NCBI GenBank assembly: GCA_964016885.1
Contig: OZ024757.1
Span: 15,810,001 to 15,874,000 of the forward strand
Reading direction: 5' to 3'
Length of the DNA stretch: 64,000 bases
Source: Eledone cirrhosa
Lineage: Eukaryota
Under the pieces are notes generated by a model, which was given only the letters and a program-made list of their open reading frames with translations, searched no databases and was not told where the DNA came from. The translations under genes were made by a program, and so were the position numbers. Shown one piece after another: positions 52,776 to 64,000 of the stretch (position 1 is its first letter; the number at the start of each line of letters is the position of its first letter).

Positions 52776-53179
52776 TCATCATCATCACCATTTTCTGTCC
52801 AATTTACCATGCTAGCATGGGTTAGACGAGTTGTCCTGTTGTGGGAAATGTCAGGTAAGGTGACCACATCGACAGCTGAAGCATATAGACATGTATGCCC
52901 CACCCCCTTCCAGTGTAAAGTGGTCGTGTAGGTGTCACAACAAAAATCACCCAGACCACACAGTAAAGTGGTCATGTAGGTGACATGGTGAAAGAGCACC
53001 CAGCACTCACTGTAAATGAGGTTGGTGTTAGGAAGGGCATCCAGTTGTACAAATCAAGCCAAAAATCAGTTCTGTATGAGCAAGCTACGGCCACCTGACT
53101 TGGCATTGCCCACAACAGGACAACCCGTCTAACCCATGCCAGCATGGAAGAATGGACCTAAAACAGTGATGATGATGAT
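52772..53179. mobile_element. Back-to-back RTE 3'-end fragments
   Basis: Minus-strand tail 52772-52860 and plus-strand 3' UTR ~52900-53179, both ending in (GAT)n pointing outward. Confidence 0.7.
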
Positions 53180-53184
53180 ATTAC

Positions 53185-53680
53185 AATTTCTGTTGACAAC
53201 AAAAGGTTTCTTTCGAGTGATGAAGGCTGGCTGTATGATACTTGCATATGCGATGCTGTATAGTATTGAAACATGGTCAGTGATTGCAGAGTATATACGA
53301 AGGGTGAAGAGAAATGAAATGAGCATGCTTCAATGGATAAGTAAAGTTAATGTGCATGGATGATGAAGCATGGATGAATGAAAACCTAGGTATAAGAGGA
53401 ATCAAATGAAATGTGCAAGAGAGATGACTGCACTGGTATGAACTTGGGATACATATGGATTATGATCGCTGAGAAAAGAAATACCAAGGAATCCCAGTGG
53501 AAGGAAACAGCAGTAGAGGAAGACAAAGGAAGAGCAAGGAAGATTTTGGCAAAAGTGGTTAGAGCTGATCCCAAATTGCTGAAGCTCACAAAGGAGATGA
53601 CAAATGAATGTAACAATGGCAGGATGTTGTGCTGTAGAATACTTGTCCAACCCAGGCTAACATGGAAACACAGGTATAAA
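53185..53680 (+). mobile_element. Older decayed RTE LINE 3' fragment
   Basis: LLTTKGF..MK....YAMLYSIETW..AEYIRRVKRNEMSMLQW is homologous to the C-terminus of the 49.5-52 kb LINE. Confidence 0.75.
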
Positions 53681-54085
53681 ATTGCATTCTCAATCGTGAG
53701 GTTGTGAGTTCGATTCCTGGACCAGGCGATGCGTTATGTCCTTGAGTAAGACACTTTATTTCGCGTTTTTCCTTCTACCTGGAGTTGCGACCGATAGATA
53801 ATATTAGCAATTGGAAAGACCAACGGAAACAATGTTTCCTCGGTCCGATTTGACGAAAGTCGATCGTTCTTAAAAATACATATATATATATATAGACATA
53901 TATATATGTATGAATGTATATATATATATGTATAAATATATTTAGCATCATCATCATCAACACCGTTTAACGTCCATTTTCCATGCTAGCATAGGGTAGA
54001 CAGGTTGTCCCATTGTGAGAGAAGTTACATCAAATGACCGTGTCTTGCTCACACTGAACCATTTCCACATATATGTATATATATT

Positions 54086-54128
<43 letters not shown>

Positions 54129-54151
54129 ATATATATTTATGTGTGTATATG

Positions 54152-54197
<46 letters not shown>

Positions 54198-54288
54198 CAC
54201 ACACATAAACATATATACATATATGCAGAAAACGGTTCTGTGTGAGCATATATGCATATGTATATATATGTATGCATATATATATATA

Positions 54289-54325
<37 letters not shown>

Positions 54326-54373
54326 CCCATGGTAGCGTGGAAAGTGGATGTTAAACGAGGATGATGATGATGA

Positions 54374-54474
<101 letters not shown>

Positions 54475-54949
54475 GAGAGAGAACTACATTAAATTCAATT
54501 TAAGTGAAAAATAAAATCACTCAATTGTTGATCCAGAAATGACATTGGAGGACAGTTCAATCAACTGGAATATAATGAAATTTAATCGATAATATCAAGT
54601 GATTCCGATTGAATGTGGCGACGTCTTTCATTATATCGATTCCTTTATGAGAAAAACACAGAAATAGACAAAAAAAAATAACAACAAAAATCAAAAACAA
54701 AAAAGGATAAAAGTAACAACAACAAAAAAGACAAAAACAAAAAAAGGCAAAACCAACAATAAATAATAAAACAAAAAATACAAACAAAAGAGAGAGAAAG
54801 ACTGTACTTTCATCAGCTCAGTATTTCTGAGTTGTACAATGAAAAGTTGGTGCCATAATATATATTGGAGGCGTGAATGTTATTGACAAGGTGGAGAGGA
54901 CACAATGCTGGTGTCATTGTTGTTGTTGTTGCTGTTGTGTGGAGCTTAC

Positions 54950-55018
54950 TCGCCGAATAATAGCTATTTACAATATGACGACACTTAGATGTCTTCTTCA
55001 TGATGTCTTTGTTTATCT
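54950..55018 (-). CDS. Candidate upstream exon of the minus-strand gene (ATG at 55001, MKKTSKCRHIVNSYYSA)
   Basis: Acceptor ctcctgtttag, donor GA|gtaagc; phase-1 end fits the phase-1 start of 35573-35837; short, could be chance. Confidence 0.3.
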
Positions 55019-55140
55019 CTAAACAGGAGTCATGGACAGATATAAGTGTTCTCCTTGTGGTGGCAGCAACTCTCATCAGATATTTACAACCATGGGGTTA
55101 GGAGAGAGGGAGATGAAGAATTGTTCCAGGGCCGTCTTAA

Positions 55141-55360
55141 CCCTTTAATGTTCAAACCGGCCAAAACCGGCCAGAATTCTCTACCTCTTTCTGTTGAAAC
55201 TGGCTGTAACTGGTCGTTCAAACTGATGTTAAGGTATTGTTCTCAAAATAAATACTTTCAAAATCTCATAGATTCGATATTATGTGAGATAATTATGTGA
55301 GGTAAAGCCTTTACCATGAAAATATAATAGTATATATAGAGTAATGTGAATGCTAAAGGG
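55141..55360 (-). mobile_element. piggyBac-like MITE
   Basis: TTAA|CCCTTTAATG...TGCTAAAGGG|TTTA. Confidence 0.75.
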
Positions 55361-55449
55361 TTTAGTTCTTTAATTTTGTTTTGCCTGATCTCCCTAACAA
55401 TCCTAGATTCCTTAAACTTTTTGCCCTTGTATTTTTTTATGGTTTGAGA

Positions 55450-56572
55450 AATAATTGTTTCTACTTTTGGCACAAGGCTGTAAAGATAAAAGACAAAGGT
55501 AGCCTTTGCGGGATTTGAACTCAGAAATAAAGGGACATAACTCTAAGTGACAAAGCATGTTGTCTGATGCTCACCAATACTGCCAATCCACCACCCTAAT
55601 AATAATAATAATGGTTTCTTTATAATAATTGTTTCTACTTTTGGCACAAGGCTGTAAAGATAAAAGACAAAGGTAGCCTTTGCGGGATTTGATCTCAGAA
55701 CGTAAAGGGACATAACTCTAAGTGACAAAGCATGTTGTCTGATGCTCACCAATACTGCCAATCCACCACCCTAATAATAATAATAATGGTTTCTTTATAA
55801 TAATTGTTTCTACTTTTTGACACAAGGCCAGTAATTACCACAGTGCATTACTGGTGCTTTTTTTTATCGACCCTGTAAGGATGAAAGATAAAGTTAACAT
55901 CAGCGGGATTTGAACTCAGACCATACAGAGGCATAACTCTATGCTGCAAAGCATGGTGTCCAACCCTCTACAGATACTGCCAATCCACTGCTTTTTCTTT
56001 ATAATAATAAAAATAATCAAGATTGTCAACATTATTCACAGTCTTCAGGATCATCATCATCATTGTTGTCATCGATATTATTATTATCACCACCAGCTTT
56101 AAAGTTATTCAAGGCCATGTGGTGATGGTGGTGGTGTTAAACCAGGTGATATGTGTACTACCCAAGTGTGAAACACCTGGCTTAGCAGTTAGAGCAATGG
56201 TTCCTAAACTTTCTTTTGTCAGGATGAAAGGCAAAGTTAACCTCAGTGGGATTTGAACTCAGAAAGTAAAGGGCCATAACTCCATGCTGCAAAGCATGGT
56301 GTCCGATGCTCTACTGACACTGCTAATCCACTGCCCATTGGTTTGAGAAATAATAGTTTCTGATTTAGGCACAAGGCCAATCATTTTTGGAAGAGGTAAA
56401 AGTCAATTAAATCAACCCCAGTGTGCTACTGGTACTTTATTTTATTGACCCCGTAAGGAAGAAAGGCAAATTGAACCATGGCGGGATTTGAACTTAGAGT
56501 GTAAAGAGCCATAACTATATACAGTGAAGCATGTTGTCCAATGCTCTACCAATACAGGCAATCCACCTCCCT
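55450..56572 (-). mobile_element. Cluster of five SINE-A copies; the first two are a ~175-bp tandem duplication
   Basis: 55450-55623 and 55624-55798 are nearly identical and share the same internal deletion. Confidence 0.75.
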
Positions 56573-57030
56573 TGGTTTGTGAAAAAATGGAAAGATTTGA
56601 TAGAGACATGATATAATAATTGTTTTTAATTTAGGCAGAAACAACAAACATTTTAAGGCCCTTTCCTTTGTTAAAACAGAAGTTCATCTTGTATCTTCTC
56701 TTACTACCTTCTGGCTTTCATTTCCACCTTCAACATCCTCAGCCATGTCTTTCTTGTCTTTCTCTTCCTCTACTTCTTTCCACTTTCTTCCCCCTCCCTC
56801 AACACATGATCCAACCCTGTCATTCTATTTCTCTTTGCAACATTCATCACTGGATCTATTCCTCCCACTCAATCACTTCCATCCTTCCTCAACACAATTC
56901 ATTTCTCTTCACAACATTCAGACATACAGGTAGGTAACTTAATGTAAAACATATTTAAGGTATAAAGATATATAAAGCTAAGTAGAAATATGTGTTTATA
57001 TAGAGGCACATGGCTTAGATGTGTTTATAT

Positions 57031-57369
57031 GGAGGCACATGGCTTAGTGGTTAGAGCATTGGCCTTGCAATCGAAAGGTTGTGAGTTCAATTCTCAGACT
57101 GGGTGATGTGTTGTTTCCTTGAGCAAGACACTTTATTTCACATTGCTCCAGTTTACTCAGCTGTAGAAATGAGATGATAGGGACTGGGGTCCCTATTCTT
57201 CCACTGCAAAGTGGTCGTGGAGGTGCCACAGCACCCAGCACTCACTGTAAATGAGGTTGGTGTTAGGAGGGGCATCCAGCTGTAGAAATCAAGCCAAAAT
57301 CAGTTCCCGTCCCACCCTTGCAAGCAGGGAAAAAGCGGACGTAAAATGAAATGATGATGATGATGATGA
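57031..57369 (+). mobile_element. SINE-B with tRNA head and RTE-derived 3' tail
   Basis: TGGCTTAGTGG / GAGTTCAATTC boxes, core, then GGTTGGTGTTAGGAGGGGCATCCA...GGACGTAAAATG-(GAT)n. Confidence 0.8.
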
Positions 57370-57437
57370 ATGATAGACTGAGAAATAGACAGGCAGAGAG
57401 ACTGGAAGATATCTACTTAATGTAAACAAATATTTAA

Positions 57438-57655
57438 CCCCTAAGCATTTAAACTGGATGTATCCGGCCAGAATTCTCTCACCTCTTTCTGTTCAAACTG
57501 GCTGTAACTGGCCACTCATACTTATGTTAAAGTATTGTTCTTAAAATAAATATCAAAATCTCGTAGATTCAATATTATGTGGGATAATTATGTGAGGTAA
57601 AACCTTTACTGTGAAAATACAATAGTAAATATAGAGTAATGTAAATCCTAAAGGG
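57438..57655 (-). mobile_element. piggyBac-like MITE
   Basis: TTAA flanks on both sides, TIRs. Confidence 0.8.
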
Positions 57656-57760
57656 TTAAAGTATAAAGACTTATGAAGTTAACTAGAAATATGTGGTTAT
57701 ATAGACTGACAGACAGACAAGTAAATATATAGGTAAGTAACTTTATATAAATATGTTTAA

Positions 57761-57975
57761 CCCTTTAGCATTTACACTACTCTATATTTACTATTATATT
57801 TTCATGGTAAACACTTTTATCACATACTATCTCACATAATATTGAAGCTATCAGATTTTGATATTTATTTTGAGAATAATACCTTAACACAGGATGGGCA
57901 GCTGGTTACAGCTGGTTTGAACAGAAAGAGGTGAGATAATTCTGGCCAGATATGGCTGGTTTGAATGCTAAAGAG
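57761..57975 (+). mobile_element. piggyBac-like MITE
   Basis: TTAA flanks on both sides, TIRs. Confidence 0.8.
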
Positions 57976-58130
57976 TTAATGTATAGAAATATGTAAAGCT
58001 AAATAGATATATGTAGCAAGCAAGACAGATAGATATATATAAGTAGGTAAGTTTGTGTAAACATATTTAATGTATCTGTGTGGTGTTAGCAGACATGAGA
58101 ATGAGTACTCAATATCCAAATAGAATTTAA

Positions 58131-58337
58131 CTCGTTAGCATTTACATTACTCTATATTTACTATTATATTTTCTTGGTAAAGGCTTTACTTCACATAATA
58201 TTGAATCTATGAGATTTTGATAATATTTATTTGAGAACAATACCTTAACATAATTATAAGCAGCTAATTATGGCCAGTTTGAACAGAAAGAGGTGAATGA
58301 ATTCTCGCCGGATATGGCCAGTTTAAATGCTAAAGGG
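58131..58337 (+). mobile_element. piggyBac-like MITE
   Basis: TTAA flanks on both sides, TIRs. Confidence 0.8.
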
Positions 58338-58360
58338 TTAATATTATATCTTATTTTGTT

Positions 58361-58538
58361 GAATTGGCAGTATCGGTAGAGGGTCGAACGCCATGCTGTC
58401 TAGCATAGTTACATCCCTTTACGGTTTAGGTTCAAATCCCGTCGAGGTTAACTTTGCCTTTCATCCTTACGGGATCGATAAAATAAAGTACCAGTAATAC
58501 ACTGGTGGATTGCTGGCCTTGTGCCAAAAGTAGAAACA
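58361..58538 (+). mobile_element. SINE-A copy with 18-bp TSD
   Basis: ATTATATCTTATTTTGTT at 58343-60 and 58539-56. Confidence 0.85.
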
Positions 58539-59339
58539 ATTATATCTTATTTTGTTACTCTGGAGTATTACCTATTTATAGACAGCATCATCAGACAAGA
58601 CTCTTTAGATATCAATCTTTTGGCTGGACAATGAAGGGACCTCACATGCATATTTAATGTATGGAGGTATATAAAGTTAAGTAGAAACACTTAAGGATAG
58701 GTAGACTGATAGACAGACAGACATGTAGGTAGGTAAGTTTATGTAAACATTTAATGTAGGGACATTTATAAATGTAGTGAGATTGAAAGACAGACAGACA
58801 CATTAAGTTTATGTAAATATATTTAATGTATGAATTATAAAGCTAAATTGAAATATGTGATGTGATAGACTGACAGGCATATATAGAGATGTATGGTTTG
58901 GTATGGTCCTGTAACTCCTGAGAAATAGATTTAGAAAAAGAATCAACCCCAGTACTAAACTGGTACTTTTTTTATCGACTTCGAAATGATGAAAGGCAAA
59001 GTTGACCTAAGCGAGATTTGAACTCAAAGAGCAGAGAGTCAGAACAAATACCATAAAGCATTCTATCCGAGATTCTAACGACTCTGCCAATTCACTGCTG
59101 CCTTACATGAGGAGGTAACTTTGTGTAAATATATTTAATGTATGAATTATAAAGCTAAATATGATATATGACATGACAGACAGATAGATGTGGGCTGCGT
59201 GCTTTTTGCCCTGACACTTACATGACCACTTTACAGTGTGGGCTGGATGGTTCACTGGATGTATGTATGGGAGTGGGCAGGCTGGGATGGCACATATTAT
59301 ACATATGCTTCATATTCAGCCTGTGCCCAAGGGAAGTCT

Positions 59340-60455
59340 GTCCACAGAACAAAGACCACTAAGGCACACAAAAGATACCACATTATATTATAAAGGCTGT
59401 CCTCTAACCAGGGACCACCAAGTTACACAAAAGACCCCACATTATATTATAAAGTCTGTCTTCTAAACAGGGACCACCAAGTTACACAAAAGACCCCATA
59501 TTATATTATAAAGACTGTCTACTAAACAGGGACCACCAAATTACACAAAAGACCCCATATTATATTATAAAGTCTGTCTTCTGAACAGGGACCACCAAGT
59601 TACACAAAAGACCCCACATCTTATTATAAAGTCTGTCTTCTAAACAGGGACCACCAAGTTACACAAAAGACCCCATATTATATTATAAAGACTGTCTACT
59701 AAACAGGGACCACCAAATTACACAAAAGACCCCACATTATATTATAAAGTCTGTCTTCTAAACAGGGACCACCAAGTTACACAAAAGACCCCATATTATA
59801 TTATAAAGACTGTCTACTAAACAGGGACCACCAAGTTACACAAAAGACCCCACATTATATTATAAAGTCTGTCTTCTGAACAGGGACCACCAAGTTACAC
59901 AAAAGACCCCATATTATATTATAAAGACTGTCTACTAAACAGGGACCACCAAATTACACAAAAGACCCCACATTATATTATAAAGTCTGTCTTCTGAACA
60001 GGGACCACCAAGTTACACAAAAGACCCCACATCTTATTATAAAGTCTGTCTTCTAAACAGGGACCACCAAGTTACACAAAAGACCCCATATTATATTATA
60101 AAGACTGTCTACTAAACAGGGACCACCAAATTACACAAAAGACCCCATATTATATTATAAAGTCTGTCTTCTGAACAGGGACCACCAAGTTACACAAAAG
60201 ACCCCACATCTTATTATAAAGTCTGTCTTCTAAACAGGGACCACCAAGTTACACAAAAGACCCCACATTATATTATAAAGTTTGTCTTCTGAACAGGGAC
60301 CACCAAGTTACACAAAAGACCCCACATCTTATTATAAAGTCTGTCTTCTGAACAAGGACCACCAAGTTACACAAAAGACCCCACATCTTATTATAAAGTC
60401 CGTCTTCTGAACAGGGACCACGAAAGCATACAAAAGACTTCACATTTTATTATAA
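59340..60455. repeat. 59-bp satellite (18 units plus a degenerate first unit)
   Basis: GGGACCACC recurs at 59411, 59470, 59529... at exact 59-bp spacing. Confidence 0.95.
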
Positions 60456-60944
60456 ACCATCATGTGCATATGACAATAACAAGCTCTTCTTATTTTAATT
60501 TAAATCTTATATTTATTTATTTATGTATTATTTATTAGTTTAGTATCCTGCAATTTTATTGCAGTCATCATTTTTCCATTTCAGACAAGATTCAGAAGAC
60601 ATGAATACAATGAGGTGTGAATTAAAGATAAGAAAATTATTTTGGCAGATGTAGCTGTCACCAGACATTTAAAAAAAAAGTTACCAATACATTTGCTATT
60701 TAACTATTCTCTTCTTCAATGGTTTACTTATGACAGCTATTTCTTTTGTTTAAATTTTGGTTTGTATCAATAGTACAGAGAAGGCTCAAACTGTGTAGCT
60801 GATGGGTTAACATGCTGGGCTTAGAATTGTAAGGTGGTGGGTTTGGTTATCATACAGATGATGTGTTGTGTCCTTCAGTGTGGAACTTTGTTTCATGCTG
60901 TTCTAGTTGCATTTAGTTGAAAGTGAACCAAAATCTCTACCACA

Positions 60945-62570
60945 AATACCACTGCCTCCACCACCAGCATATCACTGGCTTCACCACGATCACCACCAAC
61001 ATATTATAACCACCACAAACACATCACCACCACCACCACCACCAGCAGCAGCATATCATTGGCATCTCCACCATCACCACCATACCCACCACAACCATGA
61101 CCACCTCAACCAACATATCACCACCACCACCAGCACCTTCATCAACACCATGAGGAGGACCATCACTACGATCATTACCACCACTATCGCCACCACCATC
61201 ACAACAACAACAAACACTACCACCAAAACCACCATCACAACAACAAAAACCACTAACACCACCATCATCACAACAACAAAAACCACTATCGCCACCACCA
61301 TTCACAACAACAACAAACACTACCACCAAGACCACCATCACAACAACAACAACCACTAACACCACCACCATCACAACAACAACCACTACCACCAAAACCA
61401 CCATCACAACAACAACAACCACTACCACCATCACAACAACAAAAATCACTAACACCACCACCATCACAACAACAAACACTACCACCAAAACCACCATCAC
61501 AACAACAAAAACCACTAACACCACCACCATCACAACAACAACAAACACTACCACCAAGACCATCATCACAACAACAAAAACCACTAACACCACCACCATC
61601 ACAACAACAACAACCACTACCACCAAGACCACCATCACAACAACAAAAACCACTAACACCACCACCATCACAACAACAACAAACGCTACCACCAAGACCA
61701 CCACCACTACTACCACCACCATCACCACAACAACTATTACACAGAAACAGCCACTACTACCAAAACCACAACAACAACCACTACCACCAAGACTACAATA
61801 ACAACCACTACTACCAACACCACCATCACCACAACAACTACCAACAAGACCACCGTCACCACAACAGCAACCACTACCACCAAGACCACAATAACAACCA
61901 CTACCACAACCACCACAACAACCACGAAGACCAATACCGCCACCACAACAACAACCATTACGAACACCACCATCACCACCACAACAACCAGTGCCACAAC
62001 CAACACCACCACTAAACACGACCACCACCATACCACCACTACACACCACCACTAAACACCACCACCACCACAACAACAAGCACTGCCACAACCAACACCA
62101 CCACCACTACACACCACCACTAAACACCACCAACACCACCACAACACACCACCACCAACACCACTACACACCACCACCACCACCACCACTAAACACCACC
62201 ACCACCACCACCACCACCCCTACACACCACCACCACACTCCACCACCACCACTACACACCACCACTAAACACCACCACCACTAAAAAACACTAAACACCA
62301 CCAACACCACCACCATCACTACACACCACCAACACCACCACTACACACCACCACCACCACTATACACCACTACACACCACCACTAAACACCACTAAACAC
62401 CACCAACAACACCACCACCAGTAAACACCACGAAACACCACCACCACCCCTTCACACCACCACCACCAAACACCACCAACACCACCACCACCCCTACACA
62501 CCACCACCACAACCACCGCCACCACTACACCACCACTACACCACCACCACAACCACCACCACCACAAAAA
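60945..62570. repeat. (ACC/AAC)n low-complexity array
   Basis: Direct inspection. Confidence 0.95.
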
Positions 62571-62678
62571 AGTAAACATATTTTTCAAGTGTTGTTTACT
62601 TTCGTTCAGTTAAAAATGTTCCATAGAAAGGTCAACTTTACTGTTTGTGTTGATTGTAAGGTTAAGTGAAGGGGAAAG

Positions 62679-62774
<96 letters not shown>

Positions 62775-62976
62775 CGTGCGTGTGTGTGCATTTATGTATG
62801 AATGTATAAAGGTATATATATGTATGTGTGCATGTATGCATGTATATATGTATGTGTTTATGATTATGTATGTATGTATGTATGTGTGTGTGGGGGGAGC
62901 GTGCGTGTGTGTGCATTTATGTATGAATGTGTAAAGGTATATATGTATGTATGCATGTATGTATGTATGTGTTTAT

Positions 62977-63011
<35 letters not shown>

Positions 63012-63044
63012 TTTGTGTGTGTGTGTGTGTGTATGTGTGTATAT

Positions 63045-63128
<84 letters not shown>

Positions 63129-63183
63129 CTGAGTATGGATGGATGTATCAACGCCGAAAGGAAATTTCAACTCCGGTTTACAG

Positions 63184-63467
63184 TAATTGTTTCTACTTTA
63201 GGCACAAGGCCAGCAATTACCCAGTGCATTACTGGTACTTTATTTTATCGACCCCGTAAGGATGAAAGGCAAAGTTAACCTCGGCGGGATTTGATCTCAG
63301 AATGGCAAGGGCCATAACTCTATACGTCAAAGCATGGTGTCCGACTCTCTACCGATGTCGCCAATCCACCGCCCTTATAACTGTTTCTACTTTTGGCACA
63401 AGGCCAGCAAATTACCCAGTACATTACTGGTACTTTATTTTATCAACCCCGTAAGGATGAAAGGCAA
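63184..63467 (-). mobile_element. Two SINE-A copies
   Basis: Core and tail motifs. Confidence 0.8.
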
Positions 63468-63544
63468 GCCAGCTTCAGCATTCAGTAATAAGAAGGGAGG
63501 TAGGCATAAAAGCCAAACTCGTTATCTTCAATTCGGTTCCCATG

Positions 63545-63790
63545 ACAACCCTTCCCTATGGTCATCAATCTTGAGTAATGACCAAAAGAATACGATCGTG
63601 AATTCAAGCAGCCGAAATGGGACTCCCCCGAAGGGTCTTTGGAGTAACTACGTAGTTCGAGAGTCACTCCAGGTAGATCCTCTACTTCTCCGAATTGAGA
63701 TATCACAGTTCTGATAATACGGGCATGTGGTTAGAATGTCTCAGGAAAGAATGTTCGGCCATAACTAACCGGCAAGAGAATTGAAGCAAG
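63545..63790 (+). mobile_element. Decayed Expander/Rex3-like RTE fragment
   Basis: YGHQS*VMTKRIRS*IQAAEMG ... LQVDPLLLRIEISQF**YGHVVRM. Confidence 0.65.
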
Positions 63791-63926
63791 ATAAAGTTGA
63801 AGAGCTTTGCTTAAAATGAAGTGAAAATCATAGAAAAATATAAAACGTTTTCCCATTTTGCCCGCTCCAGGAATCGAACCCATGACATCGCGATCGTGAT
63901 CTTAACGTCTTAACCACTATATAATA

Positions 63927-64000
63927 TATGAAGGTCGGTCGTAAAGTTCATATACTGACTATGAACAATTGATGCTAGAGCTGTGAAATTTTGCATGCAT
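63927..64000 (+). mobile_element. mariner-like 5' terminal region (runs off the window)
   Basis: TA|TGAAGGTCGGTCGTAAAGTTCATA...GATGCTAGAGCTGTGAAAT, homologous to 33884. Confidence 0.5.

Noticed and set aside
57031-57105. tRNA gene
   Set aside because: tRNA-like boxes continue directly into a SINE core and no complete cloverleaf forms

Overview
This is eukaryotic, AT-rich DNA dense in microsatellites and SINEs. Its repeat content strongly resembles an Octopus (coleoid cephalopod) genome, which is an inference. Most ORF-track entries are low-complexity artefacts. Supported content: (i) a full-length but frameshifted Ty3/Gypsy LTR retrotransposon (28481-32599, GTTTT TSD) with no canonical tRNA PBS; (ii) a 5'-truncated RTE-clade LINE (~49475-52339) with a PHD-type finger inside the RT region; (iii) two or three minus-strand exons of an uncharacterised host gene (35573-35837, 33329-33479, possibly 54950-55018); (iv) many SINEs, MITEs (TTAA-type, 8-bp-TSD hAT, a 6-bp-TSD family), LINE and Tc1/mariner relics, and tandem arrays. 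The most interesting signal is a set of short non-coding inserts anchored in (TA)n tracts that carry type I hammerhead ribozymes. There are four complete cores plus half and degenerate ones, from at least three sequence families. They show inverted or fold-back architecture and share a GAGTRC tail motif, and are probably Penelope-like pLTR/retrozyme-type elements. All calls were made by eye; nothing was searched against databases.
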